The notes below the pieces were generated by a model. That model did no database searches, had not been told where the DNA came from, and saw nothing but the letters and a program-made list of their open reading frames with translations. A stretch of 32,000 bases of DNA, taken from assembly GCF_000009045.1 (NCBI RefSeq), contig NC_000964.3, positions 1,590,001 through 1,622,000 of the forward strand. The letters run 5' to 3'. This document shows positions 1 through 9,282 of this stretch, piece by piece; within the stretch, counting starts at the first letter, position 1, and each line of letters opens with the position of its first letter. A program made the position numbers and the translations under genes. The stretch is from Bacillus subtilis subsp. subtilis str. 168. GTDB lineage: Bacteria > Bacillota > Bacilli > Bacillales > Bacillaceae.

Positions 1-256
1 ACCTTATATGAAGCATGTCAAAGCAGTGCTTACATTTGGCCAGACGGCGCCAAAACTCGAGAAACTCGGCAATGAACTGGGAATACAACATGTCAAACGT
101 GTCGATAATGTTGAACAAGCAGTATCTGCGGCGTTTGCGCTCTCAAATGAAGGAGATGTCATCCTGCTGTCACCCGCGTGTGCGAGCTGGGATCAATTCA
201 AAACATTTGAAGAACGCGGTGACATGTTTATAGATGCCGTGCATATGCTTAAGTAA
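1..256 (+). CDS. murD: UDP-N-acetylmuramoylalanine--D-glutamate ligase, C-terminal fragment (5' end outside window)
   Basis: ORF continues from the window edge to TAA at 254-256. The C-terminal motif '[22 protein letters not shown]' is typical of Mur ligase MurD, and the gene sits upstream of spoVE/murG. Confidence 0.93.
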   Translation, partial: PYMKHVKAVLTFGQTAPKLEKLGNELGIQHVKRVDNVEQAVSAAFALSNEGDVILLSPACASWDQFKTFEERGDMFIDAVHMLK

Positions 257-316
257 GGGCTTGTCTTGAAGTAAATCGGCAGCCCTAATGACTTTAAGCT
301 TGGGGTGTCGATTGCT

Positions 317-1417
317 TTGACTACTAAAAAAACATCGCCTGATTTGTTATTGGTCATCATTACGTTATTATTATTAACAATCGGATTAATTATGGTGTAC
401 AGTGCGAGTGCGGTATGGGCGGATTATAAATTTGACGACTCATTCTTTTTCGCGAAACGGCAGCTTTTGTTTGCGGGAATCGGCGTCATTGCTATGTTTT
501 TTATCATGAATGTTGATTATTGGACTTGGAGGACATGGTCCAAATTGCTGATGGTTATCTGCTTTTTCCTTCTGGTGCTTGTTTTGATACCGGGCGTCGG
601 AATGGTGCGGAACGGTTCAAGAAGCTGGATCGGAGTCGGAGCATTCAGCATACAGCCTTCAGAGTTTATGAAGCTTGCGATGATTGCATTCCTTGCTAAA
701 TTTCTCTCTGAAAAACAAAAAAACATCACATCGTTCAGACGGGGGTTCGTCCCTGCACTTGGCATCGTGTTTTCAGCATTTTTGATTATCATGTGCCAGC
801 CTGACCTCGGAACGGGGACAGTTATGGTCGGAACTTGTATTGTCATGATTTTTGTAGCCGGCGCACGGATCGCCCATTTCGTCTTTCTCGGGCTGATCGG
901 CCTCAGCGGATTTGTCGGGCTCGTACTATCGGCTCCATATCGGATAAAGCGGATTACCTCATACTTAAATCCATGGGAAGACCCGCTCGGAAGCGGATTT
1001 CAGATCATTCAATCGCTTTATGCAGTGGGGCCCGGCGGGTTGTTCGGAATGGGGCTCGGACAAAGCAGACAGAAGTTCTTTTATCTGCCTGAGCCGCAAA
1101 CAGACTTTATTTTCGCCATCTTGTCAGAGGAGCTGGGCTTTATCGGGGGAACACTTATTTTGCTCCTCTTCAGCGTCCTGCTGTGGAGAGGAATCAGAAT
1201 TGCGCTTGGTGCGCCTGATCTGTACGGAAGCTTTGTCGCAGTCGGCATTATTTCAATGATTGCCATTCAAGTCATGATAAATATCGGCGTAGTCACGGGC
1301 CTGATTCCTGTAACAGGCATCACGCTCCCGTTTCTGAGCTACGGAGGCTCTTCATTGACTCTAATGCTGATGGCAGTTGGTGTGCTGCTGAATGTAAGCC
1401 GCTACTCGAGGTATTAA
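317..1417 (+). CDS. spoVE: FtsW/RodA/SpoVE (SEDS) family protein, stage V sporulation protein E
   Basis: Multi-pass SEDS protein with 'LPFLSYGGSS' and 'QPDLGT' motifs. The likely TTG start at 317 gives MTTKKTSPDLL (366 aa); the ORF track starts at GTG 305. Confidence 0.93.
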   Translation: MTTKKTSPDLLLVIITLLLLTIGLIMVYSASAVWADYKFDDSFFFAKRQLLFAGIGVIAMFFIMNVDYWTWRTWSKLLMVICFFLLVLVLIPGVGMVRNGSRSWIGVGAFSIQPSEFMKLAMIAFLAKFLSEKQKNITSFRRGFVPALGIVFSAFLIIMCQPDLGTGTVMVGTCIVMIFVAGARIAHFVFLGLIGLSGFVGLVLSAPYRIKRITSYLNPWEDPLGSGFQIIQSLYAVGPGGLFGMGLGQSRQKFFYLPEPQTDFIFAILSEELGFIGGTLILLLFSVLLWRGIRIALGAPDLYGSFVAVGIISMIAIQVMINIGVVTGLIPVTGITLPFLSYGGSSLTLMLMAVGVLLNVSRYSRY

Positions 1418-1469
1418 CGAATGTATTTCCAAGCCTCCTGTCTAACATGAAGCTTGGAAACAATTGATG

Positions 1470-1501
1470 CGATAACCCTGTCCAACAAAACAGGGTTATC
1501 G
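1470..1501 (+). repeat. Perfect 12-bp inverted repeat (CGATAACCCTGT / ACAGGGTTATCG), hairpin in the spoVE-murG spacer
   Basis: Arms 1470-1481 and 1490-1501 are exact reverse complements with an 8-nt loop. There is no strong T-tract after it. Confidence 0.85.
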
Positions 1502-1539
1502 TTATGTTATAGAGAAACTTAGACTGGGGGAAAAAAGAA

Positions 1540-2631
1540 ATGCGAATTGCAATAAGCGGAGGCGGTACAGGGGGACATATTTATCCTGCTCTTGCTTTTA
1601 TTAAAGAAGTGCAAAGACGTCATCCTAATGTGGAATTTTTATATATCGGAACAGAAAACGGGCTGGAGAAAAAAATTGTTGAGCGGGAGAATATACCGTT
1701 TCGTTCAATTGAAATTACAGGATTTAAAAGAAAATTGTCATTTGAAAATGTCAAGACTGTGATGCGTTTTCTGAAGGGCGTCAAAAAGAGTAAATCGTAT
1801 TTAGCGGAATTTAAGCCCGATGCCGTAATTGGAACGGGCGGTTATGTATGTGGGCCGGTTGTCTATGCCGCTGCGAAAATGGGAATTCCGACTATTGTCC
1901 ACGAACAAAACAGCCTGCCGGGCATCACGAATAAGTTTCTTTCAAAATATGTTAATAAAGTAGCGATTTGTTTTGAAGAAGCGAAATCACATTTTCCTAG
2001 CGAGAAAGTTGTATTTACGGGAAACCCGAGAGCCTCTGAAGTCGTCTCAATAAAGACGGGACGATCATTGGCTGAATTTGGGCTTTCTGAAGACAAAAAA
2101 ACGGTCTTAATTTTCGGCGGAAGCCGAGGCGCTGCACCGATTAACCGCGCTGTCATTGACATGCAGGATGTGCTGAAAACAAGAGACTATCAAGTGCTGT
2201 ATATCACCGGTGAAGTTCACTATGAAAAAGTAATGAATGAGCTGAAAAGCAAGGGTGCCGCTGATAATATGGTCACAAAGCCGTTTCTTCATCAAATGCC
2301 TGAGTATTTAAAGGCCATTGATGTCATTGTGGCCAGAGCCGGTGCGACAACGATTGCCGAAATTACTGCTCTCGGAATCCCAAGTGTTCTGATCCCAAGT
2401 CCATATGTGACAGCGAATCACCAGGAGGTCAATGCGAGGTCTCTTGGCCAGCATGATGCGGCGATTGTACTGAAAGAAACAGAGCTCAGCGGGGAGAAGC
2501 TGATTGAAGCGCTAGACCGGATTGTACTGAATGAGCAAACGTTAAAGGAAATGAGCGAACGAACAAAGTCACTCGGTGTTCCTGACGCGGCTGCCCGTTT
2601 ATACAGCGTACTCGAGGAATTAAAAAAATAG
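1540..2631 (+). CDS. murG: UDP-N-acetylglucosamine--N-acetylmuramyl-(pentapeptide) pyrophosphoryl-undecaprenol N-acetylglucosamine transferase
   Basis: N-terminal '[13 protein letters not shown]' glycosyltransferase motif, '[26 protein letters not shown]', 363 aa, dcw context. Confidence 0.97.
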   Translation: MRIAISGGGTGGHIYPALAFIKEVQRRHPNVEFLYIGTENGLEKKIVERENIPFRSIEITGFKRKLSFENVKTVMRFLKGVKKSKSYLAEFKPDAVIGTGGYVCGPVVYAAAKMGIPTIVHEQNSLPGITNKFLSKYVNKVAICFEEAKSHFPSEKVVFTGNPRASEVVSIKTGRSLAEFGLSEDKKTVLIFGGSRGAAPINRAVIDMQDVLKTRDYQVLYITGEVHYEKVMNELKSKGAADNMVTKPFLHQMPEYLKAIDVIVARAGATTIAEITALGIPSVLIPSPYVTANHQEVNARSLGQHDAAIVLKETELSGEKLIEALDRIVLNEQTLKEMSERTKSLGVPDAAARLYSVLEELKK

Positions 2632-2662
2632 TAGAAAAGCAAATGGAATGCGGAGGTTTACG

Positions 2663-3574
2663 ATGGAGAAAGTGATACAGGAATTAAAAGAACGAGAAGT
2701 CGGCAAGGTTCTTGCAAATGAACCGCTCGCGAATCATACAACGATGAAAATCGGCGGACCTGCGGATGTATTGGTCATTCCAAGCAGTGTGGATGCTGTT
2801 AAAGACATCATGGACGTGATTAAAAAATATGATGTGAAGTGGACAGTCATCGGCCGCGGATCAAATCTTCTTGTTTTAGATGAAGGAATTAGAGGCGTAG
2901 TGATCAAGCTGGGGGCGGGTCTTGACCATTTGGAGCTTGAAGGGGAACAAGTAACAGTCGGAGGCGGTTATTCGGTGGTCCGCCTTGCTACATCATTGAG
3001 CAAAAAAGGCCTGTCCGGTTTGGAATTTGCTGCCGGCATTCCAGGATCAGTCGGCGGAGCGGTTTATATGAATGCCGGCGCTCACGGTTCTGATATGAGC
3101 GAGATCCTCGTCAAAGCGCATATTTTATTTGAAGACGGAACGATTGAGTGGCTGACAAATGAGCAGATGGATTTCAGCTACAGGACATCTGTACTGCAAA
3201 AGAAACGCCCGGGCGTTTGCCTTGAAGCTGTTTTGCAGCTTGAGCAGAAGGATAAGGAATCAATCGTTCAGCAAATGCAAAGCAATAAAGACTATAGAAA
3301 AAATACACAGCCGTATTCAAGCCCTTGTGCGGGAAGCATATTCAGAAATCCGCTTCCGAATCATGCCGGGAACCTTGTAGAAAAAGCAGGCTTGAAAGGA
3401 TATCAAATCGGCGGTGCAAAGATATCGGAGATGCACGGAAACTTCATCGTCAATGCGGGGGGAGCATCAGCAAAAGATGTGCTTGATCTCATTGACCATG
3501 TGAAAAAGACAATCCGTGAAAAATACGAGATTGATATGCACACAGAGGTTGAAATCATCGGCGGAAATCGCTGA
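2663..3574 (+). CDS. murB: UDP-N-acetylenolpyruvoylglucosamine reductase
   Basis: FAD-binding motifs ('[12 protein letters not shown]', '[12 protein letters not shown]', '[25 protein letters not shown]'). ATG 2663 gives 303 aa; the track start at 2648 is probably too early. Confidence 0.96.
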   Translation: MEKVIQELKEREVGKVLANEPLANHTTMKIGGPADVLVIPSSVDAVKDIMDVIKKYDVKWTVIGRGSNLLVLDEGIRGVVIKLGAGLDHLELEGEQVTVGGGYSVVRLATSLSKKGLSGLEFAAGIPGSVGGAVYMNAGAHGSDMSEILVKAHILFEDGTIEWLTNEQMDFSYRTSVLQKKRPGVCLEAVLQLEQKDKESIVQQMQSNKDYRKNTQPYSSPCAGSIFRNPLPNHAGNLVEKAGLKGYQIGGAKISEMHGNFIVNAGGASAKDVLDLIDHVKKTIREKYEIDMHTEVEIIGGNR

Positions 3575-3621
3575 TTCAAGTTCTGACTGAAGCTGTTCAT
3601 ATGATATACTGTAAGCAAACG

Positions 3622-3649
3622 ACAAACGGCATCATAGTATGCCGTTTGT
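3622..3649 (+). terminator. Hairpin between murB and divIB, possible intrinsic terminator
   Basis: ACAAACGGCAT (3622-3632) / ATGCCGTTTGT (3639-3649) with a 6-nt loop, followed only by a short T-run. Confidence 0.6.
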
Positions 3650-3703
3650 TTTGGAATAGACAGACTTTTAACAGCTGTTTCATTTGAATGAGGTGAACAG
3701 GCA

Positions 3704-4495
3704 ATGAACCCGGGTCAAGACCGAGAAAAAATCGTTAACATTGAAGAGCGGATCCCTAAAATTAAAGAGCAGAGGAAACAAAAGGCAAACCGCCGTCTCA
3801 TTTCATTTATTATGCTCTTTTTTATTATGGTGCTGATCATTGTGTACCTGCAAACACCAATCAGTAAAGTATCAACAATCTCTGTTACAGGGAATGAAAA
3901 TGTATCAAAAAAGGAAATTATCGACCTTTCCGATATTAACAGCGGAGATACTGAGTTTTGGAGTTTGGACAAGCAAAAAACAGAAAAGAAGATTCAGCAA
4001 AATAAATTAGTGAAAAAAGCGGAGATCAGCAAATCGCTTCCTAATAAAATCAACATTGCAATCGAAGAATATAAAGCGATTGCTTATTTAGAAAAAGACG
4101 ATGTGTACTATGAAGTGCTTGAAAACGGCTCAGTTCTGCCAAACGAAGTAACGCCGGATGATGCCGGACCGATTTTAGTGAATTGGACAAACGCGAAGAA
4201 GCGGTCTCAAATGGCCAAGCAGCTCGATGCGTTGTCAAATTCGTTAAAACAGTCGATTTCAGAAATTTATTATACGCCTGTAAAAATGGATGAAAACCGT
4301 ATTAAGTTGTACATGAACGACGGTTATGTTGTTACGGCATCTATTAAAACGTTTGCAGACCGAATGAAGACGTATCCTTCTATCATCTCACAGCTAAGCA
4401 GCAATAAAAAAGGAATCATTCATTTAGAAGTTGCCACCTATTTTGAAGAGTTTGGGAAAAACGATAAAGCTGCTAAAAAGGAAGATGAAAATTGA
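3704..4495 (+). CDS. divIB: Division initiation protein DivIB (FtsQ/DivIB family, POTRA domain)
   Basis: 263 aa, single N-terminal TM 'LISFIMLFFIMVLIIVYL', POTRA-like 'ISTISVTGNENVSKKEIIDLS', dcw context. Confidence 0.94.
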   Translation: MNPGQDREKIVNIEERIPKIKEQRKQKANRRLISFIMLFFIMVLIIVYLQTPISKVSTISVTGNENVSKKEIIDLSDINSGDTEFWSLDKQKTEKKIQQNKLVKKAEISKSLPNKINIAIEEYKAIAYLEKDDVYYEVLENGSVLPNEVTPDDAGPILVNWTNAKKRSQMAKQLDALSNSLKQSISEIYYTPVKMDENRIKLYMNDGYVVTASIKTFADRMKTYPSIISQLSSNKKGIIHLEVATYFEEFGKNDKAAKKEDEN

Positions 4496-5187
4496 GGGGC
4501 AAATCAGCAGTCCTTCTTTCCTTGATTATGCTTATCGCAGGTTTTTTGATTTCATTTTCTTTTCAAATGACAAAAGAAAACAACAAAAGCGCGGCTGAGA
4601 CGGAAGAGTGGAAAAAAGAATATGCGCTGAGAGATGAACTGCTGAAACAAGAGAAAGAAAATAAGAAGTTTGAAAAAGAATTATATCAAAAGCAAAACAA
4701 AGTCCGCCAGGCGGAAAATAAGCTGAAGAAAGAGAAGTCGGAATACTATAATGTCCTCGAAGATACAGAAAAATACAGGATGTATATTGGGGAAGTCGGT
4801 GTGCAGGGAGAAGGCGTTGAGGTGACATTGGAAGATGCGTCATACATACCGGAAGGGGAGAATGTGAATAGTTACATCGTTCACGAAAGCCATATCTTCC
4901 AAGTAGTAAACGAACTGTATATCTCAGGAGCGGCAGCTGTCGCCGTTAATGGACAGCGTTTGACGCATGATTCGTATATCAAATGCAATGGTCCTGTGGT
5001 AACGGTAGACGGGGTGCAGCATCCCGCTCCGTTTACGGTATCCGCTATTGGAGATCCAGATGTCCTGCTGCCCTCGTTAAATATCGCTGGAGGCCTAATT
5101 GATCAGCTGTCAATGGATCATATTTCTGTGTCGGCAGAAAAAGAGAAAAACGTACAAATGAAACCGATTCTGAAAACGAAGGAATGA
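4492..5187 (+). CDS. ylxW: DUF881-family protein YlxW
   Basis: TTG start at 4492 overlaps the divIB stop. Signal/TM segment, coiled-coil region, then a conserved 'VVNELYISGAAAVAVNGQRLT' block. 231 aa. Confidence 0.9.
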   Translation: MRGKSAVLLSLIMLIAGFLISFSFQMTKENNKSAAETEEWKKEYALRDELLKQEKENKKFEKELYQKQNKVRQAENKLKKEKSEYYNVLEDTEKYRMYIGEVGVQGEGVEVTLEDASYIPEGENVNSYIVHESHIFQVVNELYISGAAAVAVNGQRLTHDSYIKCNGPVVTVDGVQHPAPFTVSAIGDPDVLLPSLNIAGGLIDQLSMDHISVSAEKEKNVQMKPILKTKE

Positions 5188-5209
5188 CTGAAAAAGCGGG
5201 TGAAATAGA

Positions 5210-5917
5210 TTGAAAATAAAGCGTTCCTTCATAAGCATCAGTGTTCTTATGGTCATCTTCGGCCTGATGATATCTGTTCAGTTTAATTCGTTAAAGCACC
5301 CCAAAGTCCGGGATACAAGAGATATGTGGGATATTAGGGAAGAGCTGACATCAGAGCAGAAGAAGCAGGAAAAGCTGCTGGCTGAAATAAACAAATATGA
5401 CAAATTGCTGAATAGCTATTCGCAAACGAAAGAAATGACAAAAGAAACCGCGCTAAATAATACCTTGCAATCCTTAAAAAAAACAGCCGGCATGACCGAT
5501 ATAACAGGTAGCGGAATTGTCATTACGATTTCCCCGCTTTTTTCTGAAAGCTTAACAGGAGAGCCGATCGAAAATCCGCCTCCGGATTTGCTGAAAAAGC
5601 TGATAAATGAACTCAACTCCTACGGTGCAGAGCATATCTCGATTAATGAGCGAAGAGTTGTGAATCATACAGTCATCAGAGATATAAACGGCACTACAAA
5701 AATAGACGGATACGCCCTTGACGATTATCCTTTAACAGTAAAAGTGCTTGCCAAAGATCCGGACATGTTACACAGCAGAGTGAAGGGGTCAGGCCTTGAG
5801 GATCTTTTTGCATCTGAAAATTTAGCATTAAAAGCCGGTAAATCTGAAAGCAAACTAACATTAAAAGCATATGACAGACCACTGGACGTACAACAGCTGA
5901 AACTGCTTAAAGACTGA
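5210..5917 (+). CDS. ylxX: DUF881-family protein YlxX
   Basis: TTG start. Same architecture as YlxW, with 'LINELNSYGAEHISINERRVV...YPLTVKVLAKDP'. 235 aa. Confidence 0.88.
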   Translation: MKIKRSFISISVLMVIFGLMISVQFNSLKHPKVRDTRDMWDIREELTSEQKKQEKLLAEINKYDKLLNSYSQTKEMTKETALNNTLQSLKKTAGMTDITGSGIVITISPLFSESLTGEPIENPPPDLLKKLINELNSYGAEHISINERRVVNHTVIRDINGTTKIDGYALDDYPLTVKVLAKDPDMLHSRVKGSGLEDLFASENLALKAGKSESKLTLKAYDRPLDVQQLKLLKD

Positions 5918-5934
5918 AAAGGAGGAGAATTGTC

Positions 5935-6300
5935 ATGTGGCTGCCCGTGTTGGGACTGGTGCTCGGAATAGCGATTGGACTAATGACAAACTTAACGATA
6001 CCGAGTGAATACTCAAACTATTTATCGCTTGCGGTGCTTGCCGCACTTGATACATTAATCGGCGGAATCAGGGCGCATTTACAAGGTACATATGATGAAA
6101 TGGTATTTGTTTCCGGTTTCTTTTTTAATATTATATTGGCAATAAGTTTAGCTTTTCTGGGAGTCCATCTTGGTGTAGACTTGTATTTAGCAGGTATATT
6201 CGCATTTGGAGTCAGATTATTTCAGAATATAGCCGTTATCAGAAGAAATCTACTAACAAAGTGGACTCTTTCTAAAAAAAATAAAAAAAATGTGATATAA
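5935..6300 (+). CDS. sbp: Small basic membrane protein Sbp (DUF1290)
   Basis: 121 aa, several TM helices, lysine-rich C-terminus, between the DUF881 pair and ftsA. Confidence 0.88.
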   Translation: MWLPVLGLVLGIAIGLMTNLTIPSEYSNYLSLAVLAALDTLIGGIRAHLQGTYDEMVFVSGFFFNIILAISLAFLGVHLGVDLYLAGIFAFGVRLFQNIAVIRRNLLTKWTLSKKNKKNVI

Positions 6301-6301
6301 A

Positions 6302-6330
6302 AGAGGATATACATAGGATATAACGAATAT
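6302..6330 (+). promoter_or_regulatory. Sigma-H-like promoter upstream of ftsAZ
   Basis: -35-like AGAGGATAT (6302-6310) and -10-like AACGAATAT (6322-6330) match RNAGGAWWW-N11-RNNGAATWW. A sigma-H promoter is known upstream of ftsAZ in B. subtilis. Confidence 0.7.
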
Positions 6331-6473
6331 TTTCAATAAACATAAAATGTGAAAAGCACATAAAAATATTCTGTTGTTATTTTTTGTTACACACTTGTAA
6401 AGCCACATTCATTGTATTGTTGTTCCGCAAATAATAGAATAGAAATGATCGAAATGTGAGGAGGTGCCATAGA

Positions 6474-7796
6474 ATGAACAACAATGAACTTTACGTCAGT
6501 CTTGACATCGGTACGTCCAATACAAAAGTGATCGTCGGAGAAATGACAGATGATTCCCTTAATATTATCGGTGTGGGAAATGTACCGTCTGAAGGGTTGA
6601 AAAAAGGCTCAATCGTTGATATAGATGAGACCGTTCATTCTATAAGAAAAGCGTTTGACCAAGCTGAAAGAATGGTAGGTTTTCCGCTTAGAAAAGCTAT
6701 TGTCGGCGTTAATGGAAATTATATCAATATTCAAGATACAAACGGTGTTGTAGCAGTTTCCAGTGAAAATAAAGAAATTCAGGTTGAAGATGTACGCCGT
6801 GTCATGGAGGCGGCACAGGTTGTTTCCGTACCGCATGAACAGCTGATTGTTGACGTCATTCCTAAACAGTTTATCGTAGATGGAAGAGATGAAATCACCG
6901 ACCCGAAAAAAATGCTGGGTGTGCGTTTAGAAGTAGAGGGCACCTTGATCACCGGTTCAAAAACAATCTTACATAACTTACTCCGCTGCGTTGAAAGAGC
7001 TGGTATTGAAATAACTGATATTTGCCTTCAGCCGCTGGCAGCCGGTTCTGCTGCATTATCAAAGGACGAGAAAAACCTTGGTGTGGCTCTCATTGATATA
7101 GGGGGAGGGTCAACAACCATTGCCGTATTCCAGAACGGACATCTCACTTCTACCCGTGTCATTCCTCTCGGAGGCGAAAATATCACCAAAGATATCTCCA
7201 TCGGATTGAGAACGTCAACAGAAGAAGCAGAACGCGTGAAAAAGCAACTTGGACATGCCTACTATGACGAAGCCTCGGAAGATGAAATATTTGAGGTAAC
7301 CGTTATAGGCACCAATCAAAAACAAACATTTACACAGCAAGAAGCAGCGAATATCATTGAAGCGAGAGTAGAGGAAATTCTTGAAATTGTTTCAGAAGAG
7401 CTTCGCAGTATGGGAATTACCGATCTGCCGGGAGGCTTCGTGCTGACAGGAGGACAAGCAGCTATGCCGGGTGTCATGTCTTTGGCACAGGATGTGCTGC
7501 AAAACAATGTCAGAGTGGCAAGCCCGAATTATATCGGTGTAAGAGATCCTCAATATATGACGGGAGTGGGCCTGATCCAATTCGCCTGCCGGAATGCAAG
7601 AATCCAAGGCAGAAAAATAGGCTTTAAGATGCCTGAAGAAGCGATACAGGAAATCGCAGTCTCATCATCTGAGGAACAAGAGCAGCATCATCACCAAAAT
7701 GAGGTGCAGCAGCGGCCAAAAGGAAAACAAAAAACACAAGCCGAACATAATAAACAGAGCAAAATGAAAAAACTATTAAGCATGTTTTGGGAATAG
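6474..7796 (+). CDS. ftsA: Cell division protein FtsA
   Basis: Actin-like ATPase motifs 'SLDIGTSNTKVIVGE', 'VALIDIGGGSTTIAVF', 'GFVLTGGQAAMPG', plus a C-terminal amphipathic helix 'KMKKLLSMFWE'. ATG 6474 gives 440 aa. Confidence 0.97.
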   Translation: MNNNELYVSLDIGTSNTKVIVGEMTDDSLNIIGVGNVPSEGLKKGSIVDIDETVHSIRKAFDQAERMVGFPLRKAIVGVNGNYINIQDTNGVVAVSSENKEIQVEDVRRVMEAAQVVSVPHEQLIVDVIPKQFIVDGRDEITDPKKMLGVRLEVEGTLITGSKTILHNLLRCVERAGIEITDICLQPLAAGSAALSKDEKNLGVALIDIGGGSTTIAVFQNGHLTSTRVIPLGGENITKDISIGLRTSTEEAERVKKQLGHAYYDEASEDEIFEVTVIGTNQKQTFTQQEAANIIEARVEEILEIVSEELRSMGITDLPGGFVLTGGQAAMPGVMSLAQDVLQNNVRVASPNYIGVRDPQYMTGVGLIQFACRNARIQGRKIGFKMPEEAIQEIAVSSSEEQEQHHHQNEVQQRPKGKQKTQAEHNKQSKMKKLLSMFWE

Positions 7797-7831
7797 ATAG
7801 ATAGTCATTCGGCAGATTAGGAGGATTTAGC

Positions 7832-8980
7832 ATGTTGGAGTTCGAAACAAACATAGACGGCTTAGCATCAATTAAAGTAATCGGAGTAGGAGGCGGCGGT
7901 AACAACGCCGTTAACCGAATGATTGAAAATGAAGTGCAAGGAGTAGAGTATATCGCGGTAAACACGGACGCTCAAGCTCTTAACCTGTCAAAAGCAGAAG
8001 TGAAAATGCAAATCGGCGCAAAGCTGACTAGAGGATTGGGAGCAGGTGCGAATCCGGAAGTCGGGAAAAAAGCCGCTGAAGAAAGCAAAGAGCAGATTGA
8101 AGAAGCACTTAAAGGTGCTGACATGGTATTCGTGACAGCTGGTATGGGCGGCGGAACAGGAACAGGTGCCGCACCGGTTATCGCACAAATCGCGAAAGAC
8201 TTAGGCGCATTAACAGTCGGCGTTGTGACAAGACCGTTTACCTTCGAAGGACGCAAAAGACAGCTTCAGGCTGCAGGCGGAATCTCGGCAATGAAAGAAG
8301 CGGTGGATACACTGATCGTGATCCCGAACGACCGTATCCTTGAAATTGTTGATAAAAACACACCGATGCTTGAAGCATTCCGCGAAGCGGATAACGTACT
8401 TCGCCAAGGGGTTCAAGGTATTTCTGACTTGATTGCTACACCTGGTCTTATCAACCTTGACTTTGCTGATGTGAAAACAATCATGTCAAACAAAGGATCT
8501 GCTTTGATGGGTATCGGTATTGCTACTGGGGAAAATCGCGCGGCAGAGGCAGCAAAAAAAGCAATTTCCAGCCCGCTTCTTGAAGCGGCCATTGACGGTG
8601 CGCAAGGCGTCCTCATGAACATCACTGGAGGAACAAACCTCAGCCTATATGAGGTTCAGGAAGCAGCAGACATTGTCGCTTCGGCGTCTGATCAAGACGT
8701 AAACATGATTTTCGGTTCTGTTATTAATGAAAATCTAAAAGATGAGATTGTGGTGACAGTGATTGCAACCGGCTTTATCGAACAAGAGAAGGACGTGACG
8801 AAGCCTCAGCGTCCAAGCTTAAATCAAAGCATCAAAACACACAATCAAAGTGTTCCGAAGCGTGAGCCAAAACGTGAGGAACCTCAGCAGCAGAACACAG
8901 TAAGCCGTCATACTTCACAGCCGGCTGATGATACGCTTGACATCCCGACATTCTTAAGAAACCGTAATAAACGCGGCTAA
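7832..8980 (+). CDS. ftsZ: Cell division protein FtsZ (tubulin homologue)
   Basis: '[14 protein letters not shown]', tubulin signature '[15 protein letters not shown]', C-terminal peptide '[13 protein letters not shown]'. 382 aa. Confidence 0.99.
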   Translation: MLEFETNIDGLASIKVIGVGGGGNNAVNRMIENEVQGVEYIAVNTDAQALNLSKAEVKMQIGAKLTRGLGAGANPEVGKKAAEESKEQIEEALKGADMVFVTAGMGGGTGTGAAPVIAQIAKDLGALTVGVVTRPFTFEGRKRQLQAAGGISAMKEAVDTLIVIPNDRILEIVDKNTPMLEAFREADNVLRQGVQGISDLIATPGLINLDFADVKTIMSNKGSALMGIGIATGENRAAEAAKKAISSPLLEAAIDGAQGVLMNITGGTNLSLYEVQEAADIVASASDQDVNMIFGSVINENLKDEIVVTVIATGFIEQEKDVTKPQRPSLNQSIKTHNQSVPKREPKREEPQQQNTVSRHTSQPADDTLDIPTFLRNRNKRG

Positions 8981-8983
8981 TGT

Positions 8984-9018
8984 AAAGGACAAAATCGTTT
9001 TCGATTTTGTCCTTTTTT
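8984..9018 (+). terminator. Intrinsic terminator after ftsZ
   Basis: Perfect 14-bp stem AAAGGACAAAATCG (8984-8997) / CGATTTTGTCCTTT (9002-9015), 4-nt loop, T-rich 3' tail. Confidence 0.92.
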
Positions 9019-9282
9019 GTTTTTCTCTTCACACTTTCCTTCTTATAAAGTCTTTTTCCCTATTGCTTCCTTCGCTTAGTAACAAAACAGATAATTAGAC
9101 CCATTTATTTTTGTGACATTTTTATCATTTTCATATATATGGAAATTGAATGACATGAAACGACAATATCTGTAATTCAGATTGTCTACAGTTAATATAC
9201 AGCGATGTTCTGACAAACCATTCATTATTAAAAGGAGGGACGACACTTTTTTTAAAAAGCATGTTGAAAAAGGGGGATGAAA

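Noticed and set aside
3583-3610. Possible sigma-A promoter before divIB (TTCTGA-N16-TATACT)
   Set aside because: The -10 is good but the -35 match is weak and the spacer short; not enough to call without transcript data.
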